Assembly: GCA_965285935.1 (NCBI GenBank)
Contig: OZ260663.1
Span: 19,344,001-19,408,000, forward strand
DNA length: 64,000 nt
Direction of reading: 5' to 3'
Source: Ophelia neglecta
Lineage: Eukaryota
In this document: positions 39,201-50,600 of the stretch, one piece after another
Layout of the letters: each line of letters starts with the position of its first letter
Position numbering within the stretch: the stretch's first letter is position 1
The notes under the pieces: generated by a model
Told to the model about the DNA's origin: nothing
Database searches by the model: none
The model's input: the letters and a program-made list of their open reading frames with translations, nothing else
Translations under genes and position numbers: made by a program

Positions 39201-41931
39201 CTATTTGTCATCTAAATATGATGATGATCTGGGAGAAAAGCTTCGGAAAGTCCCACAGCACAGGTGCTTGACACTACTATCAACAGATCTATCGAGCTAT
39301 CAACTAGGCCTATACTTTCTAGGGCCTGCGAAGCCCCTGTCTCTCTATTACTGCTAAGTAGTTTGATCACATAGTAGTGTCAAGCACGTGGAAAGGTTCA
39401 GAGTAAACGATAACTTACCTCGAGATTCCGTATGCCACAGACAGCTCCACAGTTTATACAGTTTGTACAGCCGAATAATACTTCTCCTGAGCGTCTCCTT
39501 GAATTCGAACGGACGCGGGGCAATGTGTTACAAAGGTTAGCCAGAAGACGGCGATGTGACGTGAAACACTTGGTCTGGCGCGTGCACAGTGACATCACGC
39601 GGACGAGAGATCCCGGGAGAGATACAAATGTGTGTACGTAGCGGGTGGGCCGTCAGCGGATCGCTGGCGGCTAATTTGCCGTTTATCGCCGACGTCGGCC
39701 CGATGTAGGGTTGCTATCTGGGACTGAATGAAATTGCAAATTGTTTCCCACTTTAAGCTTTGACTGCAGCTTTTAGTGAGGATAGGGTGGGGGCAGGTGC
39801 TCTCCCCCCTCTGGCCCTCTCCCTTCCACCACTGGCCCCCCCTCGTTTCCACTACTGTCCCCCCCCCCCTATACCACTCCTACCTCCCCCCCCCCTCTGG
39901 TCCCCTCCCTTTCTATACTGTCCCCCCTCCCTTTCACTTTTGTCTCCCCATCCCACTCCTACCTCCCCCCTCTGGCCCCTCCAACTACTGCCACCCCCAC
40001 CCCCCCATCCCAATCCTTCCTCTCCCTCTCAACTTAAAAACCAGTTTTAGGCGAATGGGAATAGGAATTCTTCGTTTTTATACTAGAAAGACCTGATTGA
40101 TTCACTCAATTCAACAGCAGGAAATTTAAATTGGGATAGGATAATTAAAATGAGGGTCTTAAGTAAAGCATTTCAAATGGAATAACAGTTTATGTTTAAA
40201 AGGGCGGATGAAAATTGATTCACACAAATGTTACCACCAGGGGCAAGGCAAAGTATGGGGGCTATTTTATTTCAACCCATCAAGAAGGAGGGCTATCCTA
40301 TTGCATCCCATTGAAAAAAGGCAGGCTATATTTTAGCTTTGAAGTCGTGAAAAAGCTACTCTATCCAGCGGTGCATTCAAATACAGTGAAATCTGTAAAT
40401 TAAGACCACCTAATGGACTGGAAAATACTGGTCTGATTATAAAGATGGTTTGTTTAGGCAGGGTATTCTACATTGAAGTCTAGCAAGCTACACTATGACA
40501 TTTATATAAGTGGTCTGAATTTCAGGTCGTCTAAATATAGAGGTGGTCTCTAAGGCTGGTTTCACTGTATACTGGTTCCAGATGCACTGTCACAGGCGCT
40601 TGTGATTGGTCATGCAGCATGAACCCCGACCACCACTCCATTAGAATGTTAAATACTTCATGCATAAGCATCAGCCAAAATAGCTCAGTTGGCTAAGCAT
40701 TTTACAGAAAAATTTTCTGATGCCATGATGTCGGGACGAAGTTACCACATTCCACTTGAAAGATGGCTGAGAAAAAAATATCTGTATTTCTGGTAATCAA
40801 CACCCTATTATGCCAACCCTATACCTTTTTTCCTCTGACAAAAAAAAGATAGTCATGAAAATTTGGCCAACAACGTGTCAGGGAAGTACCGTAAAGTCAG
40901 AAATGTTCACTGGGAATTTATTTAGCGAAATTTTGCGTACATCGCAAAATTAATTGCCGCAAACATTTCCAACCTGACAGTAGTCTATGCTTAGATACTG
41001 GCGGACCAGGTAATTTAATTCCCAGGAACATGCTTTCCTAGATTCCTGGAATATAATTCCCGCGAATATATCCAACTTTAAAAGTATCAACACAGCCCAT
41101 GTATATTTACTTTTTACAAAAAATATCCTTGCCCCCATAATTTGTGGTTGCCATGAATGACGAAAATGAGTATTACTGATTTCTTGCATTGCTTGTTCAG
41201 GCCAAGATCGTAGAAGCTGGTGCCGGACGGTGTGTGGCCGAGATGACTGTCGCAGAGGAGCACACCAACAAGAATGGCACTCTGCATGGCGGGCTGACTG
41301 CAACCTTAGTCGACACAATCTCCACCTGTGCCCTTATGACATCGTCTGAGGGAAAGGCCGGAGTTAGTGTAGACATGAACATCACGTGAGTGCTACCAAC
41401 CTATCTTAAAACTCAAAACTTATTGGTTGATTGATTTAATTGATTGCTTTATTATGTTTATATATTTTCTAGATTTCTTAATATTTTTATTTTATTCTAT
41501 TCGTATTTTAACTATCCCAAATCTGCCCACCGCTGCTCTCATCAGGGCAGTAGCTTTTTCCATTTCCTCTGATGTATTCTCTGTGGAGGAGAAAATCTAA
41601 ATTTGGAGAAAAGTGCCGTTAAATTCTACGCCGGTACTCAAACAATAAAATTGCTCAATATACACCATATTCTTGCCATATTTTTGTTAAATATGGTGGA
41701 GAAAATTTCACATTCCCATATGGCTTATGGGCTTGAAAATATATTGGCTAAAACACATAAATATGTATTTGTAGGTACATGCGAGCCGCTAAGATGGGGG
41801 AGACTATTGTTGTGGATGCTAGTACTCTTAAAATGGGTAAAGCACTAGCATTTCTGTCAGTGGATATCACCAACAAAGAAAACGGGAAACTACTTGCACA
41901 GGGACGTCACACCAAACATATTGGCTCATGA
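27275..41931 (+). CDS. ACOT13: Acyl-CoA thioesterase 13 (THEM2, hotdog fold), 141 aa
   Basis: Exons 27275-27358, 41201-41385, 41775-41931 join in phase. Motifs EEHTNKNGTLHGGLTATLVD, GVSVDMNITYM, KMGKALAFLSVDI, AQGRHTKHI. Confidence 0.93.
27924..28072. repeat. Subterminal repeat array of the EnSpm element
   Basis: About 10 direct and inverted copies of GGCCCACCGTCGG / CCGACGGTGGGCC; degenerate copies at 39641-39705. Confidence 0.88.
28215..34291 (-). CDS. Transposon accessory protein (TnpA-like role, DUF4806-like C-terminus), 377-425 aa depending on optional exons
   Basis: Exons 34291-34090, 33252-33159, 33036-32968, 32711-32580, 31868-31857, 31710-31579, 31404-31333, 30719-30515, 30161-30002, 29248-29132, 28297-28215 are all GT-AG and phase-consistent to TAA. 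N-terminus MYAIVLF..LEVVPTSW..CSWP; C-terminus LSSLGG..VARIMSVVLTNNLASQFNWAGK..IRLWLKNSCDREGGRKKR; AATAAA near 28165. Confidence 0.82.
28471..28745. mobile_element. TA-flanked CTGTA-ended MITE nested in the EnSpm element
   Basis: TA-CTGTAAAACC...GGTTTTACAG-TA; related decayed copies near 30972-31148, 16292-16470 and 52490-52670. Confidence 0.7.
31512..32824. repeat. Direct duplication of about 315 bp (31512-31832 and 32513-32824) containing a coding exon
   Basis: Copies are 1001 bp apart; the ORF track shows identical 61-aa translations at 31514-31699 and 32515-32700. Confidence 0.95.
32066..32315. mobile_element. Copy of the CAGGG-ended MITE, nested in the EnSpm element
   Basis: Reverse complement of 20616-20865 with few substitutions; left TIR decayed; no TSD visible. 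Confidence 0.85.
35875..37929 (-). CDS. EnSpm/CACTA (CMC) DDE transposase, 684 aa, single exon, uninterrupted
   Basis: LPKDGRTLL, NIDGLPLFKSS..FWPIL (first D), FICDTPARSFVK..KGHTG..GCDFC (second D, CxxC), PLDYMHLICLGV, WKATEFRTFLLY, YNVHALTH, FGPL..FSAFPFEN (E). Confidence 0.92.
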   Translation of the reverse strand: MFATGGDNEILSDRTIRRHAATRAGEILSDVTSRLQLNEDIHVHDTGEDTDSIQYDSDTPTVPETSSREAATEDSSTDDMDYQSDDFIFLSDGAEDSDRDSSSDSDDSDDDNGQLKFRDQLRDWVLHSGTPLAHTNSLLALLRPHFPSLPKDGRTLLHTQCNYIIEDVAGGQYHHFGIEEGIKVRLTKCAYLCGHENLSLQTNIDGLPLFKSSTRCFWPILGMICEEHDPEPFVIGLWVGTSKPTDANAYLKNFIEEMDSVFADGITFNDKAYLITIENFICDTPARSFVKITKGHTGFQGCDFCEQRGVYYMHRMTFPETDATLRTDVAFDEMTCEEHHRGESNLRQLNIGMVSKFPLDYMHLICLGVMKKMIGLWMGVGPLPVRMGSNVIRSISDSIMILQSYLPREFGRKGRRLDELERWKATEFRTFLLYTGPVVLRGKLTDVLYKNFMMLYVSVTILCSVSLCGEYCDYVEGLLCSFVEHFGAVYGPEMIVYNVHALTHIAEQASRFGPLHNFSAFPFENYLQIIKKMVRKPKHPLPQVIRRLAERMQLTPPAKESVTYCKKKHHYGPLPLNVGLCTQYEQIHTPHFFLSVKKPDNAILIGDKTYIIKNILCLGTSRQCVCKKFRRRESYFTYPFDSLKINVSMVSDLSEHLETIDVCEIVTKVVLLPFNEKYVSIPML
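40384..40567. mobile_element. CAGT-ended MITE (pogo-type)
   Basis: TA-CAGTGAAATCTG...GGTTTCACTG-TA; related to 52314-52489 and 58616-58793. Confidence 0.8.
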
Positions 41932-42398
41932 AAATAGGCAATTGTGTATTAGTGAATGTTGACAAACAAGCAGTTTGATAATTTCTAATTCTGCTAAGAA
42001 TGTGACTAAGATTATTAAACATTGAAGTGTATTTAGGTAATAGGAGTTTTCCAGACTATTATGACAGACTTATTAATTGCTTTGGGTGCTGCTAATGATT
42101 CATATTACTAGTTAGGTTTTACCTTTAAAGATTCAGAACCTAAGCATACATCAAATCAAATACATGTTAATATACATTTTTGATTTTAATTCCATTAGTC
42201 AGTCATCGCTCATTAATAAAAGAGAAAACAGGATTTTACTTCATCCCATCACATGACATCTGCATAGACTAAAATATCAGTTATGGATTACATATACATT
42301 GACTCACTGTTCATTTTGGAGCCAATTAAGAATATTTTTAGAAGTTACACATGTACATGCGCATATGACATGACCTTGGAGCACCTTGACCTTCAGGA

Positions 42399-42808
42399 CC
42401 CTATGCCAGCCCCTGACCTTGGGACCCATAGGCTAACCCCCTGACATCTGAACCCCTATGCCAGCCCCTGACCTTGGGACCCATAGGCTAACCCCCTGAC
42501 ATCTGGACCCCTATGTCAGCCCCTGACCTTGGGACCCATAGGCTAACCCCCTGACATCTGAACCCCTATGTCAGCCCCTGACCTTGGGACCCATAGGCTA
42601 ACCCCCTGACATCTGAACCCCTATGTCAGCCCCTGACCTTGGGACCCATAGGCTAACCCCCTGACATCTGAACCCCTATGTCAGCCCCTGACCTTGGGAC
42701 CCATAGGCTAACCCCCTGACATCTGAACCCCTATATCAGCCCCTGACCTTGGGACCCATAGGCTAACCCCCTGATATCTGAACCCCTATGTCAGCCCCTG
42801 ACCTTGGG
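42399..42808. repeat. 55-bp minisatellite, about 7.5 copies
   Basis: CCCTATGTCAGCCCCTGACCTTGGGACCCATAGGCTAACCCCCTGACATCTGAAC with period 55 (42401, 42456, 42511...). Confidence 0.95.
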
Positions 42809-43007
42809 GCAGCTATACCTACCAGCTTTATAAGCCAGGCTGTGATGAAGGGTCTTTTAGTATATTAAAATTCAGTTATACACATTAATGTATGACTTTT
42901 TTTCAGTAGGGCGCATACCAGTAACATTAAGCTTGATATATATTATTTGCTTCCCCCTTGTGTGTATTCTCGGAGGCCAAGGAGGGCTCAGTGAATTGAA
43001 TTGTATA

Positions 43008-43292
43008 CTACACCTCACTCAACCATACAAAAGGTCACACAACATTACAAAAAGGTCACACAACCTTACAAAAGGTCACACAACCTTACAAAAGGTCACA
43101 CAACCTTACAAAAAGGTCACACAACCTTACAAAACATCACACAACATTACAAAAAGCCACACATCTTACAAACATCACACAACCTTTCAAAACCGCACAC
43201 AACCTTTCAAAAACTCACACAACATTGCAAAACCTTACACAACCTTACAAAAAGTCACAAAACCTTACAAAACCTCACACAGCATTACAAAA
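43008..43292. repeat. 20-21-bp minisatellite
   Basis: CACACAACCTTACAAAAGGT variants, about 13 copies; explains ORFs 42888-43322 and 43001-43354. Confidence 0.92.
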
Positions 43293-43614
43293 CGGGCATT
43301 AGTAGGGCCGCATACCCTTTGAAATATATTTTTACTGTACGTGTATATGTATAGGCAGTTGAACAATTCTAATTAATTGTTATAGAAAATAAACGTTCAT
43401 TAACCAGGCCTATTAAGGTTGATTCATCTGTGTTTAGTTAACAACAAAATAAGTTTTTGTGTTCTAAATGTACCTGTGTGTAAAGGCAAATCTTGTTAAG
43501 AAGCTCTGCTCCCAACATTTGTAGTAATTCACCTATATGATTATCCGTTGTGCAGACAATGAAAATCTAATAATAATTATTTCTATTTTGCCTGTAATAA
43601 TTCATACAGTTATA

Positions 43615-44409
43615 CAGTGATTTTGCTGACCGTCGGCCATCGGCCATTTGCCGACAAAAATGGTAAATGTCCTAAACTTTTAAAAAGCTTCCGGACATTT
43701 GTCCGATGTCTTTTGCCGCCTGGTTACCTGTCAGAATCACTACAGCTCGGTTATAACGCAAGTAGAAATAGATAACTATAGTTTATTTTATGTAGTTTGT
43801 CCTGGCTAAATCCAGCGGATGTTATTTATACATGCCCTATATTTACATATTTATTTTCTCTGGTTGAGTGATGTTCAGTATCGCGAATCAGACAGTCTGT
43901 TGCTTGCTAGCAGCTGTTCGCCCTCTACCATCGATGTATACGATGCCCCCTACTTTCCATCTGCCGGGGAAATCTCCCATGCTCCGCGCAACATTAAAGT
44001 TAATCTTAAAGGAACCAAATTGCTGAGCCAAACTACCAAGTTATGGTGGTTGGACAGGTGTAGTGTCACTAGTGTGTGTCACCAGTGTGTGTGTGTACCA
44101 GTATTGTGACAGTGTGTGGGGGAGCTGGCAGAAGTTTTTGCTTGCGGCCAGGCATATAGCTGTATATATACACTTTACCCATCTTCACCTCAAGCTCCAT
44201 TTTTACTGCCACATATGCATGTATTGTATATCTACATATCCATATGAAAAATTCATTGAATTTCATTAAATTTAAATCAGTTGTGAGGTGTTTTTTTTTA
44301 TCTTTTTTGTGTGCCATAAAATTGTCCTGAAAATATGCAGACTGTCCTGAATTTTTCGGACAATTCAGGACAAATGTCCTGACAAATTCTGAACCCAGCA
44401 AAATCACTG
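43615..44409. mobile_element. hAT non-autonomous element, 795 bp
   Basis: 14-bp TIR CAGTGATTTTGCTG...CAGCAAAATCACTG with a perfect 8-bp TSD CAGTTATA (43607-43614, 44410-44417). Confidence 0.88.
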
Positions 44410-45359
44410 CAGTTATATATTTTCTTTACATTAGGTGGTGGTGACCTCCTATAGGAGGGTGTTGGAATATCTTGACCCCCACCCCCCCTCCCATCAGAAG
44501 GTGTGACAATTCTTTGACCCCCCTCCCCTCCATAGTAAATGAACATACCCTTTTCGGGGAAGAATTGCAGAATTCTTATGTTATAGATGAACAGAAAGCT
44601 TGCATGAAAACAGACACCTAATAATATTTGTTTTATGGAGATTTTATTAGGAATCTACTAGTAGTACATGTACAGTCAGCAGAACGTGTATTATACACTC
44701 GACTGGGGAGACCAAAAGTTCTGGATTCATCGTGTAATATACATGTTAAAATGAAACTTACTGACTTTAGGCATTTATGCATCTATTTGAATTTTGCTCA
44801 CATTAGAAATAAATACATGATACATAGACTGTCACTATTTTCTACGAGGTATTGTGTGTACCATCAATAGCTATAAGTAGCACACAGGATACCCCGTACC
44901 ATATGACAGCCCATGGTCTGATGTGCAGTTATAGAAAAAGTAAGGTCTACTGAATTCAAGTCATAAAATCTGCTCCCACAAGAAATACAATAAAACTGTT
45001 CTAATGGAGGTCTCTGCCGAGATAGTTTGTACATCAGTAAGCCAACATTTGTACTAATACTATATTTTAATAATTAAATATTAATATTAATTATCCATAA
45101 CTAGTTGGGTTATTGATTAGGAGTTTAAATGTTGCTTGTTTGTATCATTATCTACATTTGAACAATATGGGGGTAAAATAGCATTTTTACTATTGGCTAC
45201 TTTAGCAGGTGGTTTCAATGCTAAGCCATCTAATTATATTTAATTAACACTATTAATTAAAAGGGATCCTATGAGTATCTTACAATTTGTACAATTCATA
45301 GCTTTAAGCAAAACAACACATTTAACTTACAGTAGTCTATAGCATAGCTAGCTATTTTA

Positions 45360-45610
45360 GGACTATTCCAGAAATTGTCCTCCAGGGGGGGGGGGCATTG
45401 ACTGCCCTGTCGAGGATATGGGGGTAATATCAAACAGCCTGTCGGACAGATGGGGTGTATTTCAAATAGTGTGTCTGGGGTAGGGAGCAGTATTTTCCAA
45501 ACTCATATCCAGGGGAAAGGGTTGTCTGCCGGAAATTGTGGAAGGGAAGGGGGGGGGGGGTCTAAAAAATGTTGCCTCCCACCCCTGGAGCACAATTTCT
45601 GAAACAGTCC
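45360..45610. mobile_element. PIF/Harbinger MITE
   Basis: TTA-GGACTATTCCAGAAATTGT...ACAATTTCTGAAACAGTCC-TTA. Confidence 0.82.
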
Positions 45611-47675
45611 TTATGTGTACATCCAAATGATATTGAAATTTTGTTCACTGGCCAATTGCTACGGAGAGTAATAACAAAACTGAACATGTATATTAGTGTA
45701 CATAGTAGTATATAAATAGTCACCCTTTTCCACCAAGGTACTGGAACATATTAAAAATCAGTAACACAGATTTCCAGCATACAAAGGATTAAATTAGGCC
45801 TTGAAAGAAAATATTCTGCTAATATAAAATATGGTTTGTACCTGATACATTGTTCAAACTGAAAACAAATATCATGGTTAAAAACTTTAAAACTGATAAA
45901 TAATGGACAGCGTAGAATAAATGATGAAGACATTCAGTGAAAAAAAGATGCTACACACATTGATGTATAGTGAACATAGGAAAGTTAGCACTAGATAGAT
46001 GAATTTGACCTCCCAAATTCTGAACAGCCACGCCCCTAACGGACATATACATGTACATATCTCAATCAGTAATAACAATAATACATTGTACATGGTAATC
46101 AACATAAAAATGAAAAATTAATGAACAAATTGAATACTGTTTGAATCTAAACAACTCAAACAACTTAGATGTTTAAACCTGACTAATTCAGCTGACTTTG
46201 ACAGTAACATATGAGGTACATGGTAATTAACACAGAAAACACCCAACATAGCATACTACTAGCTTTAAAACCTTATCAAGTAATGCAGGCAGCATTGATT
46301 TCTCAAACGGATTGCATTAAAGCCTAGCATACTACTTGTACTGCAGACTTGGAAAGACACGATAAACAATGAGGGAAGTATAAAACAAATCTGGACAAGG
46401 TCTGACTAGCGTCGCACACTGCAGAGTAGTGTAATATAAATACGTATAATTCATAAGAATGCCGCTTCACAAAAAATGCAAGAAGCAGGCAAGTTGCAAA
46501 TAAATATATCACCATAACAAACTCTAAAAGACATCCATGTAGAAGGGAGTACATTCAATGTACATGACAGCATTGTATTGGAGATTCATTTCTTCAAAAT
46601 TGAATATGCTTTTTCTTTTTTGACCAAAGTGGTCTGTTTCTTTAGCTCTATTAGTTTAAAATCAATTAAAAAAAAATACATTGATTAACAATATATATAA
46701 GCACTTGCAACAGACATGAGAACCCAAAACAAGATGAAAACAAGTACCATACTGTTTCACGTTCCATGTAAACTTTCGTCACAATTTTGATCTTTTTATC
46801 AAATAGGCCAGATTAAAGTGCTATAATAAAGTTATGTACAGCTATTAAAATCATTGACCTAGCAAGCATTTTTGTTTCTGGCATTTGATTTTTTAAGATT
46901 ATGCAAGTACTATGAAAACCATTTTCAGACAGTTCATGAACCACAGGAAATACTTTTTTTAGCCCATCCGAACTTTCGGGCCAACAGAACATCTCTTTCA
47001 GATCATTTATATCCAGGATTTAAGGCATTTTTTTTTTCAATAAAAATAGTTCTACTATTTCAAGAAAATAGTTCCACCAGTCTAGGCTCAAACCCTGACG
47101 GATGTGACATCACTACGCTGTAGTACATCCTACGCTTTTTGACACAGAATCTGATGCAGGCAATGATGAACAAAGCCACTGACTAGATTAAAATACAAAT
47201 TAGAGCATAGAACTGTATTTGTCTCATGTTTTGTACACAATCTTTTACTTGGTATAAATAACCTGGATTGTTTATAAATACACACAAAGGCCTAGGCCTA
47301 TACATTGCAATTAAAGTGCATTTACCCAATTTACAAAACTTCTCTCCACATTGTCATTTTTTATAACTTCTTGCATATTCCCTACCTTTAATATTTGCCT
47401 GTGTTCAATAACATCTCAATTTTACCGTCTTATTTTCATCACTAGTTAGATAAATAATTCTTGACATTCATGTGTAGAACACACTTGCCATATAAACAGG
47501 CCAGCGTCAAGTTTTAATTAAATACACACAGAAATGTGCCAGATATTAATTAGAAAGGATTTGTGCTTTGTACTCATCTCTGACTTTCCACAAGTTGATG
47601 TTTTTCTAGTAATACTTAAATATCATGCATTTCATGTCTCGTCGCCATGGAAAGCTCCTCTGCCATGGTTAAGTG

Positions 47676-50600
47676 CTACGTTTTCTCATTTTTCTCTTGT
47701 GCCTTGGCCACGTTTTTTACACAAGCCCTGTGAACGAGGCCTTTCTCGTTGCCATGTCGACAAACCAGCCAATCCTGGTCGACTTCCTTCATCAGGTCGA
47801 GAACTGAACCTTTCTCAAAACTCAGCTGGTTGTCTTCCGTGCCCACGTAGTGACAAAGCGTCTGTACTGACCTGAAAGTAGTAGCTTTATATCTATAAGA
47901 TGGACAAATTTTCAACATTTTGGCCAGCAAAATATGTCAAGTGTTGAATTGATTTTCATGTTGTGGATTGAAGTTCTGCCACCATGAAACATGGTATTTA
48001 ATTCAGCCTTCAAATAATACCATTTAAATAACTTGTGGTTAGATTGGGATTGAATACGACCTCCAGAAGTGTGGTTAGATTGAGTTTGTATATGACCTCA
48101 AGGAGTGTGGTTAGCTTGGGAGTGTAAGGTAATTGTCGTAATCTACAACAAGCCACTGGCCCTTCGGCAAAAATATCCTTATTATTATAGCTTTGATTAA
48201 TATGTTGTTAGTTACTATAAATAGAAATACAATTTGTTGTAAAACCAGATCATCCCTCAAGTGTAGTAAGACCAGAAGTAACTTGACCCCAAGCCATGTA
48301 GTTTAAGGAGGACTTATGATAGAGTCATCTATCTAGTGAAGTTCCAATATAATCTATACATTTGAGTGAGCCAGTAGATACTGCTATGTAAACACTGATG
48401 GTTACAAGATAGTGTTTCTACTCACCCGATAGGGGTCAGTGGAGGAGAGGGAAGAGGTCTTCTCTGTCCCAGAGCTCTCTCATCTAAACTCCTGACTCGC
48501 ATCAGCTCAGCCCGCTTCCCTGCTGTGTTCATACTTCCTGTACTACTCAGCGAGGGAACAGGTGGTGCCACCTTGTTGCAGTACATGGAAACACTTCTTA
48601 CCACTCCACTTGATGTCCCTGACTTTGACCCCTTGGTTGACCTTGATTTTGAAGGGTCAAGTAGAAGCTTGTCAAATACATTTATCAGCTTGGGTCCCAG
48701 GCTGCTCCAGCGCCTAGGTGGAGTTGGAGCACTACTACTACTAGTAGTGGTAGTAGTAGTAGTGGAAGCAGTAGCAGTAGGAGTTGGTAGTGAACTATCA
48801 CTGAGACGTTTGCTCAGATCCGAAGCAGGCTGGCTGCGTTTAGGGATTTGGAACAATGGAGCATTGGTTACATCCCTTGAGGGCATGCCCTGGGCATCAA
48901 ACAGGCCTTGTGGCTTGGCAGCCTGGTTTCCAAGGCTACCTTCCTCACTCTGGGCTGTGCCTGAGACTTTTGTTTCCATGGAAGTCTTGGTTTGCTGTGC
49001 CTGATTCTCCAGGTCAAACCTGTACTCGGTGACCCCCTTCTTGTAGACATCCTTGTCGACTGATGACAGGCCGGAGCTGGTCATACCCTTCAGCCGTCTG
49101 CTCACCTTGGCCAATATACCCTCTGGCTTTACAAGGTCAGAGCTGGCAAGGTCACCCATCATCTCATTGTCTTTTATAATCTGTTCTGAAGGCTTTGATT
49201 GGTCCACAACTGATTGGACTGACTCTCCTGATTGGCTCTCATCTGAAGCACTGTTTTGGAACATTTTTGGAGGGCCATCGCTACCATCAGAACTGGCGGT
49301 ACTGGCACTACTGATGTTAGAGTCGTTAATCCCTTTCAGTTTTGGAACTTGCTGCGGACCTTTGGAGCCAATCGGAAGATAATCATTGACATTGGCGAGC
49401 AGCTCTTTCTGGCTTAGCTTGTCGAAAAATTTCTTGCCCCTGTCCTGAAGATAGTCCTTGGTTTGTTTGCTCAAAAGGAGCGCCTGCTTGCTGACTTCCC
49501 TGACCCTGAGGTCAGGGGTCAAGCTTTTGAAGTCAGACGTCATGCCAAGGACTGCCCTCTGGTGGAGGAACTGGTGACCTTCAATCAGGGCATCCGCAGA
49601 GCGTGAAACATGCTTCTCCAGCATGTAATCGGCCATCTGTTTCTGGTGTCTCTCTTTCAGCATGCGAAACTCGAAATTATACTCCAACCGAAACTGAATC
49701 TGTGCCAGCGGCTGAAGACTGGTGGTCATATCAAGAAAGAGGGACTTGGTAGCCGTAGTGGACAAGGCCACGAAGCCAGTGGAGGAGTAATGACGACTGA
49801 TTAGTCCCTGGTGGGACTGAATGTGGCTCAGCCAGAAATCTAAGGCCTTGTGGCTGTAATAGAAAACATAAATATAAATCACTAATACTACTAGTTTTAA
49901 TATAAATCCCTAGTACTACTAAAACTTCCTGTATGTAAGCCCATGTCAATTATTTTCCCATATGTGGCCAATACAACATTTCTTGCCATGATAAATATTA
50001 AAAACATTCGTTGGGAAATGAGACTGACATGAATTTGTTATTAATTATTAGTGTATTTAACCGAGAAACTAGTGACCCTTATTGAGGAAGCTAAAAGATT
50101 TCTAGATTTGAAATATGAAAAAAGGTGTCTTCTATTAGATGTAATATGGTAATTATTATGAAACTTCATAATGTCATTGATAAAGACACTGCAAGGTGGA
50201 AACAAGATGTGGCTTTAACTATGTTGTCACCATGTTTGAGAATTATGCCTTGTTTGAGTTTTGAACTTGAAACAAGTTTGTAACTTACTTGAGAAGGCCG
50301 AAGATGAAGGCATTGACCTTGAGCCAAGTGGTGTCCAAGAAACTGAGAGCCTTCAAATCTTTAATCAACTCTGCCAGAATAGGGGACGAGGGACCTATTG
50401 AAAATATACCATGTAAATGAGAACAAGAGAATTAATACATAATGAAATGGTTGTAATATGTGTTATTCACAAATTCTATCCTGCATTTAATTTCTGCATC
50501 TTTTAAGAAGCTGCTATCATCTGTAGTAGCTATAAAGATTTTAATTTTATACATGCATTTTGGCACTCCATTCTATTGTTAATCTCTTTACTGCTTTCTT

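Larger units (their letters stand above)
27905..39722 (-). mobile_element. Full-length EnSpm/CACTA (CMC superfamily) DNA transposon, 11818 bp, in ACOT13 intron 1
   Basis: Perfect 11-bp TIR CCCAGATAGCA / TGCTATCTGGG; AC duplicated at 27903-27904 and 39723-39724; GC-rich subterminal repeats; encodes a CMC transposase and an accessory gene. Confidence 0.92.

Noticed and set aside
40672-40702. tRNA-like 5' fragment (and an isolated B box GAGTTCGAATCC near 35678)
   Set aside because: No complete cloverleaf or paired A/B boxes; probably SINE relics.
42399-42808. CRISPR-like array
   Set aside because: No unique spacers, eukaryotic context and no cas genes; it is a plain tandem repeat.
42888-43354. 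144-aa and 117-aa repetitive ORFs
   Set aside because: Products of the 20-21-bp minisatellite; no splice or homology support.
48525-49382. Plus-strand ORFs of 109-159 aa, and similar ones in 55032-58484
   Set aside because: Antisense shadows of the long RUSC coding exons.
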